Sequence record: NZ_MK262712.1
Source: a plasmid
DNA length: 64,000 bases
Reading direction: 5' to 3' (one strand)
Part shown: positions 18,510 to 27,733 of the stretch, in pieces
How the letters are laid out: the number at the start of each line of letters is the position of its first letter
Numbering within the stretch: the first letter of the stretch is position 1
Notes under the pieces: model-generated
Database searches by the model: none
What the model was told of the DNA's origin: nothing
Seen by the model: only the letters and a program-made list of their open reading frames with translations
Translations under genes and position numbers: made by a program

Positions 18510-20627
18510 TTAAACTAGGCTTCTGATTAAATCTTTATACAAAGAATTTAATTCAGAGATATCGTTTATTTTTTTAAAATAAACACCATCAAAGCCTAGA
18601 GGTTTATCAATGCCATAACCGACACAAACAATATCTATGCCATGTTTTTTAGCATTTTTAACTGCTGAGCATACATCATCTATTGATTCAGATGGGTCAC
18701 CATCAGTCGCAATAAAGATAACTTTACGTGAGAAATTCAAACGTGAGAAATATTCCACGCATGAATTAATCGCTGTCGCAGTTGGGGTATGTAATCCGCT
18801 AGAAACATTTTCGTAATTTGAAAAGCAACTAGATACAGATTTATTAAAAAACTTAAGTATATCTATATAACCTTCTTTTTGAACTGGATAAACAAGATCA
18901 GCAACATCAATATTGTTCACCGATTCACAAGCAAGGGTAAATGCAAGATTTGCTTTTAAGGCTAAAACTGATACGTCATGCATTGATACAGAGATATCAC
19001 GCAGGTTTATTACACCTACATCAGACCTTTTGTATCCCTCCCCGTATTTCTTAAACACAGAGGTTGCACCCATAGGTACTTCAACAAGCTTTCTACTATG
19101 AATACGAGATCCACGATCAGTTAGCCTGTTGTTACGCCGTACAGTTTGCTTATTTAAAGAAGAAAGTAACTTTCTTAGCTCACGAGAGTGAGCTAGAGCA
19201 TTATTATAGTCCTCCTCGGTCAGAGTGATAAAACCAAAACGAAAACCAAAGTTTTGAATTTCAGCATCACTGAAAGAAGATGCCATTTGAGATATGGATT
19301 TTTTTATAGCTTCATGAAAATCATGAGAATTATCCTGTTCAGCCTCTGTGTCTAGGTATTCATCAAGATCTTCAATCGCCTTTCTTAATTGCGCTGGTGA
19401 GAAACTTTGTGTTGTACGTGCAGAAGTTACAGAACCATCAGAACCATCAGAACCATCAGAACCGTCAGAGCCATCAGAGCCATCAGAGCCATCAGAGCCG
19501 TCAGAGTCATCAGAGCCGTCAGAGTCATCAGAGCCGTCAGAGTCATCAGAGCCGTCAGAGCCGTCAGAGTCATCAGAGCCGACAGAGTCATCAGAGCCGT
19601 CAGAGTCATCAGAGCCGTCAGAGCCGTCAGAGTCATCAGAGCCGTCAGAGCCGTCAGAGCCGTCAGAGTCATCAGAGCCGTCAGAGCCGTCAGAGCCGTC
19701 AGAGTCATCAGAGCCGTCAGAGCCGTCAGAGTCGTCAGAGTCATCAGAGCCGTCAGAGCCGTCAGAGTCATCAGAGTCATCAGAGCCGTCAGAGTCATCA
19801 GAGCCGTCAGAGTCATCAGAGTCATCAGAGTCATCAGAGTCATCAGAGTCATCTAATCGGTTTTGTTCTTCTTTATCTTTTAGATCATCACGTAACTTTT
19901 CTAGTTCTTCATATAGTTTCAATCCTAACTCACATGCCATAAGAGTTGAATTAACCCCTGTGGCTTCGAGAATCAAAGAATCAAAACGGTCTTTCATGTC
20001 GAATAGAACAGTATCAGCAAGAGCAAAAAAATCATTCAATATTTCAGGAACGCCTTCTTGCCCAAGCTGATTTACACGAAGCTTGTTTAAAATATACATT
20101 TCAATGTAGGAAACGATATTAGAACCGTCACCAGTCATGTTTCCATCACTAACCATAAACGAATACATTTCAGCAAGCATTACTTTTGAAAGCGGAAACT
20201 GATTACCAGTTTTCTCTTCCATCTGAATGTCTTCGAAGAGGTTAATAGAACGATGAAGCCTCTTAAGTTTTATTTCCGCTTTTTTCTCCTCTTCTTTAGA
20301 GGAAAAACTAGCGGTTCCGTCAGGCATTATACATTCGAAGCCAGGTTGTTTTGATAAATATTCATTTTCAAAATCAACAGTAGTTTCGATTTCTGTATAA
20401 CGATTATGACCACCTTCATGACATATCCAGCCGCTACATAGCTTCCAGTATTTGTCATTACTAAAGTCACCGTTTGGTAAAAAAATAGTTTTAGATCTCA
20501 TGTTAATGCATGGTGTTGCATGTGGCCCCAAAAAAAGAACATTGAGTTCAGGATCAGCACCAATCACACGAGCAAGATTATCTACAGCCAACTTACTACG
20601 AATAGAATTGTTTAGCTTAATAGTCAT
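18510..20627 (-). CDS. Three-part protein: an N-terminal putative HExxH metallopeptidase-like domain, a central acidic (SDDSDG)n linker, and a C-terminal von Willebrand factor A (vWA) domain. It resembles CobT/DUF2201-like proteins.
   Basis: 705 aa. It has a WICHEGGHNRYTE HExxH motif, about 140 aa of D/S/G repeats, and C-terminal VIFIATDGDPSE…DIVCVGYGID, which is vWA-like. An AAA+ ATPase gene lies two genes upstream. Confidence 0.6.
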   Translation of the reverse strand: MTIKLNNSIRSKLAVDNLARVIGADPELNVLFLGPHATPCINMRSKTIFLPNGDFSNDKYWKLCSGWICHEGGHNRYTEIETTVDFENEYLSKQPGFECIMPDGTASFSSKEEEKKAEIKLKRLHRSINLFEDIQMEEKTGNQFPLSKVMLAEMYSFMVSDGNMTGDGSNIVSYIEMYILNKLRVNQLGQEGVPEILNDFFALADTVLFDMKDRFDSLILEATGVNSTLMACELGLKLYEELEKLRDDLKDKEEQNRLDDSDDSDDSDDSDDSDGSDDSDGSDDSDDSDGSDGSDDSDDSDGSDGSDDSDGSDGSDGSDDSDGSDGSDGSDDSDGSDGSDDSDGSDDSVGSDDSDGSDGSDDSDGSDDSDGSDDSDGSDGSDGSDGSDGSDGSDGSDGSVTSARTTQSFSPAQLRKAIEDLDEYLDTEAEQDNSHDFHEAIKKSISQMASSFSDAEIQNFGFRFGFITLTEEDYNNALAHSRELRKLLSSLNKQTVRRNNRLTDRGSRIHSRKLVEVPMGATSVFKKYGEGYKRSDVGVINLRDISVSMHDVSVLALKANLAFTLACESVNNIDVADLVYPVQKEGYIDILKFFNKSVSSCFSNYENVSSGLHTPTATAINSCVEYFSRLNFSRKVIFIATDGDPSESIDDVCSAVKNAKKHGIDIVCVGYGIDKPLGFDGVYFKKINDISELNSLYKDLIRSLV
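19429..19857. repeat. Intragenic 9-bp tandem repeat array of about 47 units (GAGCCGTCA / GAGTCATCA / GAACCATCA). It encodes the acidic Asp/Ser/Gly linker of the vWA protein.
   Basis: The tandem periodicity is visible directly in the sequence. ORFs open in all six frames across it. Confidence 0.9.
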
Positions 20628-20690
20628 ATAGCACCCATAAAGTTAAATGGGCGCACCCATGTGGGTTTGCCCACAAGGGATTAGAAGATA

Positions 20691-21767
20691 TCAAAAATTA
20701 AATGGAGTCGAGAAAGTTACTTTTTTCTGGACTACATCATTATTTGAGACCGGAGTTATCGAAGAATTAGATGTCTTAGCAGGAATACCATTTCCAGTAA
20801 AAGGATCAACGAAAATGGAACCAGTATTATTAGCCAAATTATCATCTAAATCGTTAAAACGATTTTTAATTTCGGCAATAAAACCTGTTACAAGATCGTC
20901 ACCATCCATAATTCTGTTCAAACGATTCGTATCACTTAGCAGTAATAACCATTCGCGAAACAAACTCATGTGAAGGGGGGAATCCAAATTACCAGAAGGA
21001 AGATGGTTTAGTACGCTTTGGATAGAGTCAGCAATTTTAGTTGCACGATCATCCAAAAACATAAAACTCACAACCTTATCTTTTAAATTTGACAGTTTTT
21101 CTACGAAAGTCTGGTCAATTTTAGGTTTTGTGCAGGAAGCATAGATAGATTCAGCAGTCAGAGCAATATCCTGTATTAAACCAACTGAATAGCGGTCTCC
21201 TAAATCCTCTCCATCAATTGACATTGGTGTGAAAGGGATTGGATGGCTAATCTGGAAAAGAAACGATTTTTCGAAGTCATCTTTAGTCATTCTTAATTTT
21301 TCAATTAATTCTGCCAATTTAGGACTTCTGTCTTTTTCCATCTGAATGTATTCTTCATAACGCTCTAGAGCATTCTGAATGCCTTCCTTGAAATATTCTC
21401 GGACGGCCTCTACTTCAATCAAATACTCTTCCAACTTAGAGGTTGGCAGTATATTCATGGAGCTGAAAGGAATGCAGTATTTACGTTTGAGATTACTCAA
21501 TCTTGTATGAACAGCGCTTTTAAAGTTCAAAGCCTTAGTAGAAATCCATTGGACTTCAACCTTACTCACACTCGATTGGTCCGATACTTCATCTTCATCA
21601 AGAAACTGTCGAATTTCATTCGTTCTACGGCGACCCTGACATCCTTCGACATCTACCTTAATAATAACGGCACCATCTTGTAATTCAGGATTGCGGTCGA
21701 TGAAACTTTTTACAGTGTTACTGATTTGAGTGGTATCAGCAATAGCAGCGATTTTGATATTAGCCAT
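20691..21767 (-). CDS. Hypothetical protein (358 aa) lying between the AAA+ ATPase and vWA genes. It is a possible adaptor or partner of that pair.
   Basis: ORF. Palindrome copy at 20714. Confidence 0.45.
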   Translation of the reverse strand: MANIKIAAIADTTQISNTVKSFIDRNPELQDGAVIIKVDVEGCQGRRRTNEIRQFLDEDEVSDQSSVSKVEVQWISTKALNFKSAVHTRLSNLKRKYCIPFSSMNILPTSKLEEYLIEVEAVREYFKEGIQNALERYEEYIQMEKDRSPKLAELIEKLRMTKDDFEKSFLFQISHPIPFTPMSIDGEDLGDRYSVGLIQDIALTAESIYASCTKPKIDQTFVEKLSNLKDKVVSFMFLDDRATKIADSIQSVLNHLPSGNLDSPLHMSLFREWLLLLSDTNRLNRIMDGDDLVTGFIAEIKNRFNDLDDNLANNTGSIFVDPFTGNGIPAKTSNSSITPVSNNDVVQKKVTFSTPFNF

Positions 21768-21824
21768 GATATTTCTCCAGTATGCACCGGAAAAATATCT
21801 CCCAAAGGGAAAATATTTCCCGGT

Positions 21825-21835
21825 GGGGGGGGGGG
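21825..21835. repeat. Homopolymeric G11 tract in the 95-bp gap between the AAA+ ATPase gene's stop and the 358-aa gene's start.
   Basis: CGGTGGGGGGGGGGGTAGG, counted directly in the sequence. Confidence 0.9.
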
Positions 21836-21862
21836 TAGGTAAAATTTAAATAAACGTATCAA

Positions 21863-22915
21863 TTACAATTGTGAAATTGAACGTGATACTTCTTCCGGGA
21901 AAAGTTGCTCAAGCAAAATTTCAGCTTTACTACATGCTTCAGAAGATAACTTAGACGTGAATGCAATTTTAAACCCAACAGAAATTTCTTCATCAAGGAC
22001 TTTGGAGGTAGAAATCCATGAAATCAATTCACGAATATCCATCACCAGTTCGTCATCTTTCAGATTGTTAAGTTCAAAAGCAACTTTTGCAAACATTCTT
22101 AAACATGAAGGTTTCAAATCAGGAAAATGAGCCTCAGCTGCACAATACATAGCTTGTTCATCAGGTCGAATCATCGGCAATATTAAAAAACGCTTAATAA
22201 ATGCAGAGTCTTGGGACTGTGATGAAGCGAAACGCATATCCTCTCCACTCATGTTAGTGTTAGCTGTACCAATAAAGCGGGTGTAGCGATTTGCATAAAT
22301 CAACTCGCCACCTTCTTTACCGGTTGCCCACGGTTTACGCTCAAGCGGCATATGAAGCTTAGCTGCCGTATCTGGGTTTATTTTATCTATCTCATCAAGA
22401 AGAATGATATGCCCATCACGATAGCCTTGCACAAGGTCACTATAAACATACCGTGTATTTCCATTTTCTAGCGTTCTCATACCTTCAAGATCATCAATCG
22501 ATAACTCATTGTTGATTTGTTTGATGGTGATAGGCCAGTTCAGCATATGGCTGATATATAATGCTAACTCCGTTTTACCAGATCCAGATTCTCCTTGCAG
22601 GCAGATGCCAGCAGTTACTTCATTATTTAAAAGTAACTTCACCATACGGCGTAGAGTGATCGGATTTGGACGATATTTACTGTTTAACGGAGCACGAAAA
22701 GGAGTAACTCTTTTGAAAATAGGTATAACGTCATTTTCTCCAAAACAGTCAACATTAAAGTGCTCGTTTGCACGGACAATAATGTATTCCTCTTCATCTT
22801 GATATTCTATAGCCTTGGTTAACTCATGAGGTTCGAAATATTTAATTTCTAAGTCAGAGTTAACATTCAAAGTTAGAATTTTTGCATTGTTGTTAGCAGT
22901 AGTAGCGGGTGTCAT
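21863..22915 (-). CDS. AAA+ ATPase of the MoxR/AAA_5 (CbbQ/NorQ/CobS-like) type.
   Basis: Walker A GESGSGKT and Walker B ILLDEID motifs. About 350 aa, a typical MoxR-like size. Confidence 0.7.
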   Translation of the reverse strand: MTPATTANNNAKILTLNVNSDLEIKYFEPHELTKAIEYQDEEEYIIVRANEHFNVDCFGENDVIPIFKRVTPFRAPLNSKYRPNPITLRRMVKLLLNNEVTAGICLQGESGSGKTELALYISHMLNWPITIKQINNELSIDDLEGMRTLENGNTRYVYSDLVQGYRDGHIILLDEIDKINPDTAAKLHMPLERKPWATGKEGGELIYANRYTRFIGTANTNMSGEDMRFASSQSQDSAFIKRFLILPMIRPDEQAMYCAAEAHFPDLKPSCLRMFAKVAFELNNLKDDELVMDIRELISWISTSKVLDEEISVGFKIAFTSKLSSEACSKAEILLEQLFPEEVSRSISQL

Positions 22916-22942
22916 ATATAACTCCGTTGGATATTTATGAAA

Positions 22943-23779
22943 TTAAAGGTTTTTGATAATGGCTTTCGAAGTGCTGAAAAGTAATCCGTAATCAAAACCG
23001 TATACATGAGATATTACCTTACATGCATCGGAATATAACCACTCAACATAATCCACAGCTTCGGTTTTAAGAACATAAGAATCGGTATTCTGATCCAAAG
23101 TCCAGGCACCATTTTCACTTAGATTTTCAAGGATAATCATTTGCTCATCGAAAATCTTTTTAAAGAGTTTCAATCTGTCAGCTATTGACCATTTAATGAT
23201 CAATGATCTCCTTGTATAACAATATCTATCATCTAAGAAATCTGACCATTTAATCGGGCCTATAATAGGATGAGAAAATGTTAAGTTGTCAGTTTCTAAA
23301 GATTTAATAAGATCTTGCCTTGACTCTCTTGAACGTATTGCAAGAAGAAGTCTTGACTTAATAAAATCAATAATTTCATCTGGGTCATATCCGAAGCGAT
23401 GACACACAATTTGAAATTGTTTAGTACAATACCAATCTAACTCCAATTTTAATTTCGGTGTTAGATATCGAAACCCATTGGCATCAATTTTATAGACCAT
23501 CGATTGGTCTATATGGTACTGAACGGTTACAAAAGATGACTCCATTATTTTATAGAAGAACGTACATATATGTTCATCTGTCCAAATGAAATCATCTAGC
23601 TCTTGATAATCATGGTTCGGTACTTTGTTACCATGATCTTCAACTATTGAGTTTGATTCCACAGGTATATATACCTTTTCTTTAATTCCATCATCCTCAA
23701 AGAAGAATCTGAAACTAAGTTGGTTTTCATTCTCAATCTTTCTTAATTTACTACTTAAATGCATGATAGGTTTCTCCAT
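22943..23779 (-). CDS. Hypothetical protein (278 aa).
   Basis: ORF only. Confidence 0.4.
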   Translation of the reverse strand: MEKPIMHLSSKLRKIENENQLSFRFFFEDDGIKEKVYIPVESNSIVEDHGNKVPNHDYQELDDFIWTDEHICTFFYKIMESSFVTVQYHIDQSMVYKIDANGFRYLTPKLKLELDWYCTKQFQIVCHRFGYDPDEIIDFIKSRLLLAIRSRESRQDLIKSLETDNLTFSHPIIGPIKWSDFLDDRYCYTRRSLIIKWSIADRLKLFKKIFDEQMIILENLSENGAWTLDQNTDSYVLKTEAVDYVEWLYSDACKVISHVYGFDYGLLFSTSKAIIKNL

Positions 23780-23825
23780 AGGAGAAACCCAAATGGGATT
23801 TCTCCCAATAGGGGTTAAAAAATTA

Positions 23826-24179
23826 TTAACGTGTTAAGAACCTTGAACCGCCGAAACCTTCAATAGGCTTAGGAGCTCGGTGAATCAATTTCTGGGCCTG
23901 GACTCTAACAACCGTCAATTCACCAGAGTGAACTTTATCAGTCACCAGACAACCAGTTATCATCAGGTTATCGCCTCGAATAATCTCTTTAAACTCCTTA
24001 TCATACAGGTCTTGAGGTATTTTCACTTGGATCGATGAAACTACCATTTCTATTTTACCATTTCTTTCCATTTCCTGTTTGTTATCCAGTATTAGCATAA
24101 TAGTGTCATATTCATTACGAACAATCACCTTATTAACCTCGCCGGAAACGCAAACAGTATTTATGTGATTTGTAAACAT
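23826..24179 (-). CDS. Small OB-fold-like protein. It may be a single-strand DNA-binding (SSB-like) protein.
   Basis: 117 aa. The beta-rich pattern NTVCVSGEVNKVIVRNEYDTIMLILDNKQ…GKIEMVV…LMITGCLVTD resembles an SSB/PriB OB fold. Weak. Confidence 0.3.
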   Translation of the reverse strand: MFTNHINTVCVSGEVNKVIVRNEYDTIMLILDNKQEMERNGKIEMVVSSIQVKIPQDLYDKEFKEIIRGDNLMITGCLVTDKVHSGELTVVRVQAQKLIHRAPKPIEGFGGSRFLTR

Positions 24180-24189
24180 GTTAGGCCTC

Positions 24190-24230
24190 TTTTAAAAAAC
24201 AAAAAGAGACCCAAAAGGAGTCTCTTTTTC
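24190..24230 (-). terminator. Rho-independent terminator after the 342-aa gene.
   Basis: On the minus strand, hairpin AGAGACTCC-TTTTGG-GTCTCT followed by TTTTTGTTTTTT. Confidence 0.55.
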
Positions 24231-24323
24231 TCCTTATGGATGTGTGATTAAACAAAATTTAGAAGATGATACCTTTTTATAAAGGACAACTTTTATAGTT
24301 GAACTCCATGAATAAGATAAGTA

Positions 24324-25352
24324 TCAATTATAGCCAATGAAGTTCATAATAGTTGAGATTCCGAAATAGAGAATGGCAACACAAGCAGCACCTTTCAGTA
24401 CTCTTGATACCGTATTATCATATCCCTTTACAAAACTATTATTTTCTACAGCTTTAATTTCTTGAGCTTGATTTGTTTCCATAGCTGCTTTAGCTTTCAT
24501 TTCATCATCTTTCAATGATGCTTCAAGTTTAAGCAGTCGTGGCATTAAATCTGCAACTACAAAATCAAAACTATTTACTTTGTGAATCATCATCTCGTTA
24601 AATGATAAGTCATAGTATTTGTCTTGAAGCCCGAATTCACTCATCAAAGGCTTCAATTTACCATAAAGGTCATTGAGGTCCTCATGACGAGATTCAACGG
24701 TCTCAACAAAGTGCTGACGTTTATAAAAAACATGCACCTCATCAATAACCATATCAAGCCATTGACTTACTTTAACAGCACCCAGCTTGGTCAGTTTATC
24801 TTTACCGAAGTGAAGAGACTCTGAAGTAACAATGGAGCTGATATTCAACTCAACAAGCTTTTCATCAAGAGATGATAAAAAAGCTTCGAGCGTTTTTTCA
24901 CGTGGGATGTCGGGAAATTCTTCAAGAAGTTGTTCAGCCTCATCGAGGTTGATCTCATTAATGAAGACATCACCAACATTCACGCTGTAAATCACAGAAC
25001 GTTCACAACCAACTAAATGCTTCAGTTTAGAACTTTCTTCAAGCGCCTTTAACTCAATTACACGGCTGACAGATTCTGTCATATACCAGATGTAACTCTT
25101 ATCGTCATCGGTGCCTTTTTCTATTTTACAAATATCACTGCCAGTATTCGATGGTGGAATTTCTTCACCATAAAACGCTTTGGAATAAGCCATCAAAATT
25201 GAATCTTTCTCAATTTTGTCAGCAGCCGGGCGTGACGGTTTAGCACTGGTGGCGGTTTTAGCACGTGTTGGGGTTTTAGCTTTGGGTTTAGCAGTAGTAG
25301 CAGTAGTCATTTTATATACCTTTAAGTTTAGAATTAAATCCGGAAAAACCAT
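24324..25352 (-). CDS. Hypothetical protein (342 aa) with a basic Ala/Lys/Thr/Pro-rich N-terminus and a C-terminal transmembrane anchor.
   Basis: ORF with a C-terminal hydrophobic helix. Confidence 0.4.
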   Translation of the reverse strand: MVFPDLILNLKVYKMTTATTAKPKAKTPTRAKTATSAKPSRPAADKIEKDSILMAYSKAFYGEEIPPSNTGSDICKIEKGTDDDKSYIWYMTESVSRVIELKALEESSKLKHLVGCERSVIYSVNVGDVFINEINLDEAEQLLEEFPDIPREKTLEAFLSSLDEKLVELNISSIVTSESLHFGKDKLTKLGAVKVSQWLDMVIDEVHVFYKRQHFVETVESRHEDLNDLYGKLKPLMSEFGLQDKYYDLSFNEMMIHKVNSFDFVVADLMPRLLKLEASLKDDEMKAKAAMETNQAQEIKAVENNSFVKGYDNTVSRVLKGAACVAILYFGISTIMNFIGYN

Positions 25353-25643
25353 TTACGCAGTTTATTTAGAAATTGGCGAAAGCCGTCGTTTATCACCCTG
25401 AAGCAACAAACCGCCTGAGTTTATACTTTTCTGGCATTAGAAAGTCCGTAGAAAGTTACTTTTTGAAAGCAATTTAACTACGAGTTGTGGTAAGACAGAT
25501 GTGAGTTATCGCACCAGCGCCATTCTTTTGGAAAGAGGCTCTGGTGTCGAAACTCAAAATTGAGCTACCCATTTATGGATATCTTAGAAGGTATAAAGGT
25601 ATTAAAAGTAAAACTATTGAGAAATTTATACATCAACCCTGTA

Positions 25644-27467
25644 TCATTGTAAACACATATCTTCACTTCCCTCAATAATTGGTATTTCTTCAGCTAACTC
25701 AACTACTTTCGGGAACGACTCAGTGATAAACTCTGACGGTTTCCCATGCCAGGTAATGTAAAGCTCAAGCTCTGCCCTTGTCATCCCAACAAAAAATAAA
25801 CGACGCTCCTCTTCTATCCCTTCATCACCGATAACCTTCGGTGAGGGTATTTGGTCGTGGTTGCAGTTGATGATTAGTACTTTTTTCCATTCCAGTCCTT
25901 TGGAACCATGGAGCGTGCAGAGACAGATTCCACTTTGCTCTGTTTCACTAGATTCCACTTTGTTACCCATGGTCATGCCAGCTGCAATATTTAGCATCTT
26001 AAGCCATCCATCTTTCATTGCCCAACGGTAGCATGACATTAAAGAAATCCGGGTTACTGACGAATCACCTTTCGTATTGGACATCTTGTATCCGGCCATT
26101 TCTAACCATTCTTTAATTTTTTTAAAACGGTTTTCAATTTCTTCTTTGACTCGTGTATCAGTCATCATCGGTGCCATGTGCTTGTGTAGGGTTTTGGTAA
26201 GGACTGATGCATCAGGAGGTAAATCAGTTTGTTGAAAAGTAACTTTTTTGGAACTCATATGCTTCCACACTGTGTCCAAAACTTGTTCATCCTCATTGAG
26301 GAAAGATAGAACTCGTTTCATCAGACCGATGTTACCTGGCTGTCGGAAAAAGGAGAACAGATGGAGAATGTTACTTGGCTCTAATCCCTCCCAGAAGGAT
26401 TTTCCCCCTATCCTCGTAACCGGAACTTCAAGATAACTTTCCATTTTGTCGAGTGTCGTGTTGTTTCGGCTTAAAATCGCCCAATCATGAGGGTTTTTCT
26501 CCACCAGCTCCTTGATCACATCAAATTGGTCGTCTGCCTTATCCGATCTTATAAAAGTTACTTTTCCTTTATCCCCATTTCTGCCTGACACGAGACTCTT
26601 TTCATAGCGGGCTTTGTTCTTTCTGATCACTGTATCAGCAAATTTAAGGATCAATGGTGCACACCTGAAACATTTGGTCAGGTGAAAAACGTTAGGATTA
26701 TATGCTTTATCAAACTGACGAAAGATCTTAACTCCACCTGCATCTCTGAAACTGTATATTGTCTGGTCATCATCGCCTACGATTGTGGTGTTGATGCCCC
26801 TCTTTGCGTGCTCAGATATCCAAGTGAATTGAATACCATCGGTGTCCTGTACTTCATCAACAATCAGATGAGTAATACTTAAAGGCCTCATCTTATCGGC
26901 ACTCAACATGCCCACTACATACTTTGAAAGTGAGTTAAAATCTGCAACATTATCCTTTTTGCAAAAGCTCATGTACTCGTTGTAGAACGCCACCTGGTCG
27001 CGTGTATATTTAATCCTGATAATGTCCGGGTTAAGCTCCCGGCCAATGCCGTCGATGAATGGCATTATGTCGTTCACACTTTCATGGTAGTTAAGATGTT
27101 TTTGTACCCGTGATACCATCGCCATTTGTTTGTGTCCGATTAGAAGCCCTCCTTTCCAACCGGTCTGGTTTACCATTTTTTTTATAAAACCGTGAAAGGT
27201 ATCGACCTCTATACGGTTGAGAAACCTCGGCTCTATCATTTTCTGGAGGCTATTTTTTAAAGAGTCTGTGGCCGCACGGGTAAAGGTTACCAGGGATACC
27301 CGGGCCAATGGATGACGTTGAAAAATGGCTTTTGTTCCCTCCTTCATGGTGAAGGATTTGCCACTCCCTGGACAGGCAATGACCATCGTGTTTTTATCCA
27401 TATTTTGTATAACACGCTCTTGTTCTTCTGTACTCGATGACATCTTAGCTCCTTCCTGTTCCGGCAT
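25644..27467 (-). CDS. UvrD/REP-family superfamily-1 DNA helicase.
   Basis: 607 aa. Motif I VIACPGSGKSFTM, motif II LIVDEVQDTD, and late motifs …CTLHGSKGLEWKKVLI…. Confidence 0.8.
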   Translation of the reverse strand: MPEQEGAKMSSSTEEQERVIQNMDKNTMVIACPGSGKSFTMKEGTKAIFQRHPLARVSLVTFTRAATDSLKNSLQKMIEPRFLNRIEVDTFHGFIKKMVNQTGWKGGLLIGHKQMAMVSRVQKHLNYHESVNDIMPFIDGIGRELNPDIIRIKYTRDQVAFYNEYMSFCKKDNVADFNSLSKYVVGMLSADKMRPLSITHLIVDEVQDTDGIQFTWISEHAKRGINTTIVGDDDQTIYSFRDAGGVKIFRQFDKAYNPNVFHLTKCFRCAPLILKFADTVIRKNKARYEKSLVSGRNGDKGKVTFIRSDKADDQFDVIKELVEKNPHDWAILSRNNTTLDKMESYLEVPVTRIGGKSFWEGLEPSNILHLFSFFRQPGNIGLMKRVLSFLNEDEQVLDTVWKHMSSKKVTFQQTDLPPDASVLTKTLHKHMAPMMTDTRVKEEIENRFKKIKEWLEMAGYKMSNTKGDSSVTRISLMSCYRWAMKDGWLKMLNIAAGMTMGNKVESSETEQSGICLCTLHGSKGLEWKKVLIINCNHDQIPSPKVIGDEGIEEERRLFFVGMTRAELELYITWHGKPSEFITESFPKVVELAEEIPIIEGSEDMCLQ

Positions 27468-27733
27468 AAATCATGTCACATTCAGGAAAGAATTTTCTGA
27501 AATAGAGGCTGTTTTTCGTTTTATCTTCAGTATTTTGTATCATTGACTGCTCCCCGCCCAGAATGTACTGCACCTTTACTCAGTTGGAGTTCAACTTTTG
27601 GGATGCAGTTCAAAACAGGGCGAGGATTCCAACCCGCACGGGACGAGATTTCTAGGGAACTTAACTGATAAAAGCACCTTTAAAAGCACTCTTAAGCGTG
27701 CTATAATTGAGACTCTGAACAGGAGGTTTTTTT

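Noticed and set aside
19429-19857. A possible CRISPR array or noncoding satellite, given the many short direct repeats.
   Set aside because: The repeats are strictly tandem 9-mers with no spacers. They lie inside a long ORF and encode an in-frame acidic linker.
19348-20070. The six-frame ORFs 19348..20070(+), 19397..19942(+), 19407..19856(+) and 19427..19852(-) across the repeat tract.
   Set aside because: These are artefacts of the 9-bp periodicity, which removes stops in every frame. Only the minus-strand frame continuous with the 705-aa vWA protein is credible.
16853-27467. A Gabija-like defence system (a Toprim protein together with a UvrD-like helicase).
   Set aside because: The two genes are about 8 kb apart and not adjacent. 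The Toprim protein lacks the N-terminal ABC-type ATPase of GajA and instead has a primase-like zinc ribbon.
27610-27655. A possible IS200/IS605 right-end relic upstream of stbD. The GGGCGAGGATTCCAAC motif resembles the sequence next to the TnpB fragment at 29858-29900.
   Set aside because: The similarity covers only about 40 bp and is part of the larger duplicated segment. I cannot distinguish an IS end from ordinary paralogous leader sequence by eye.
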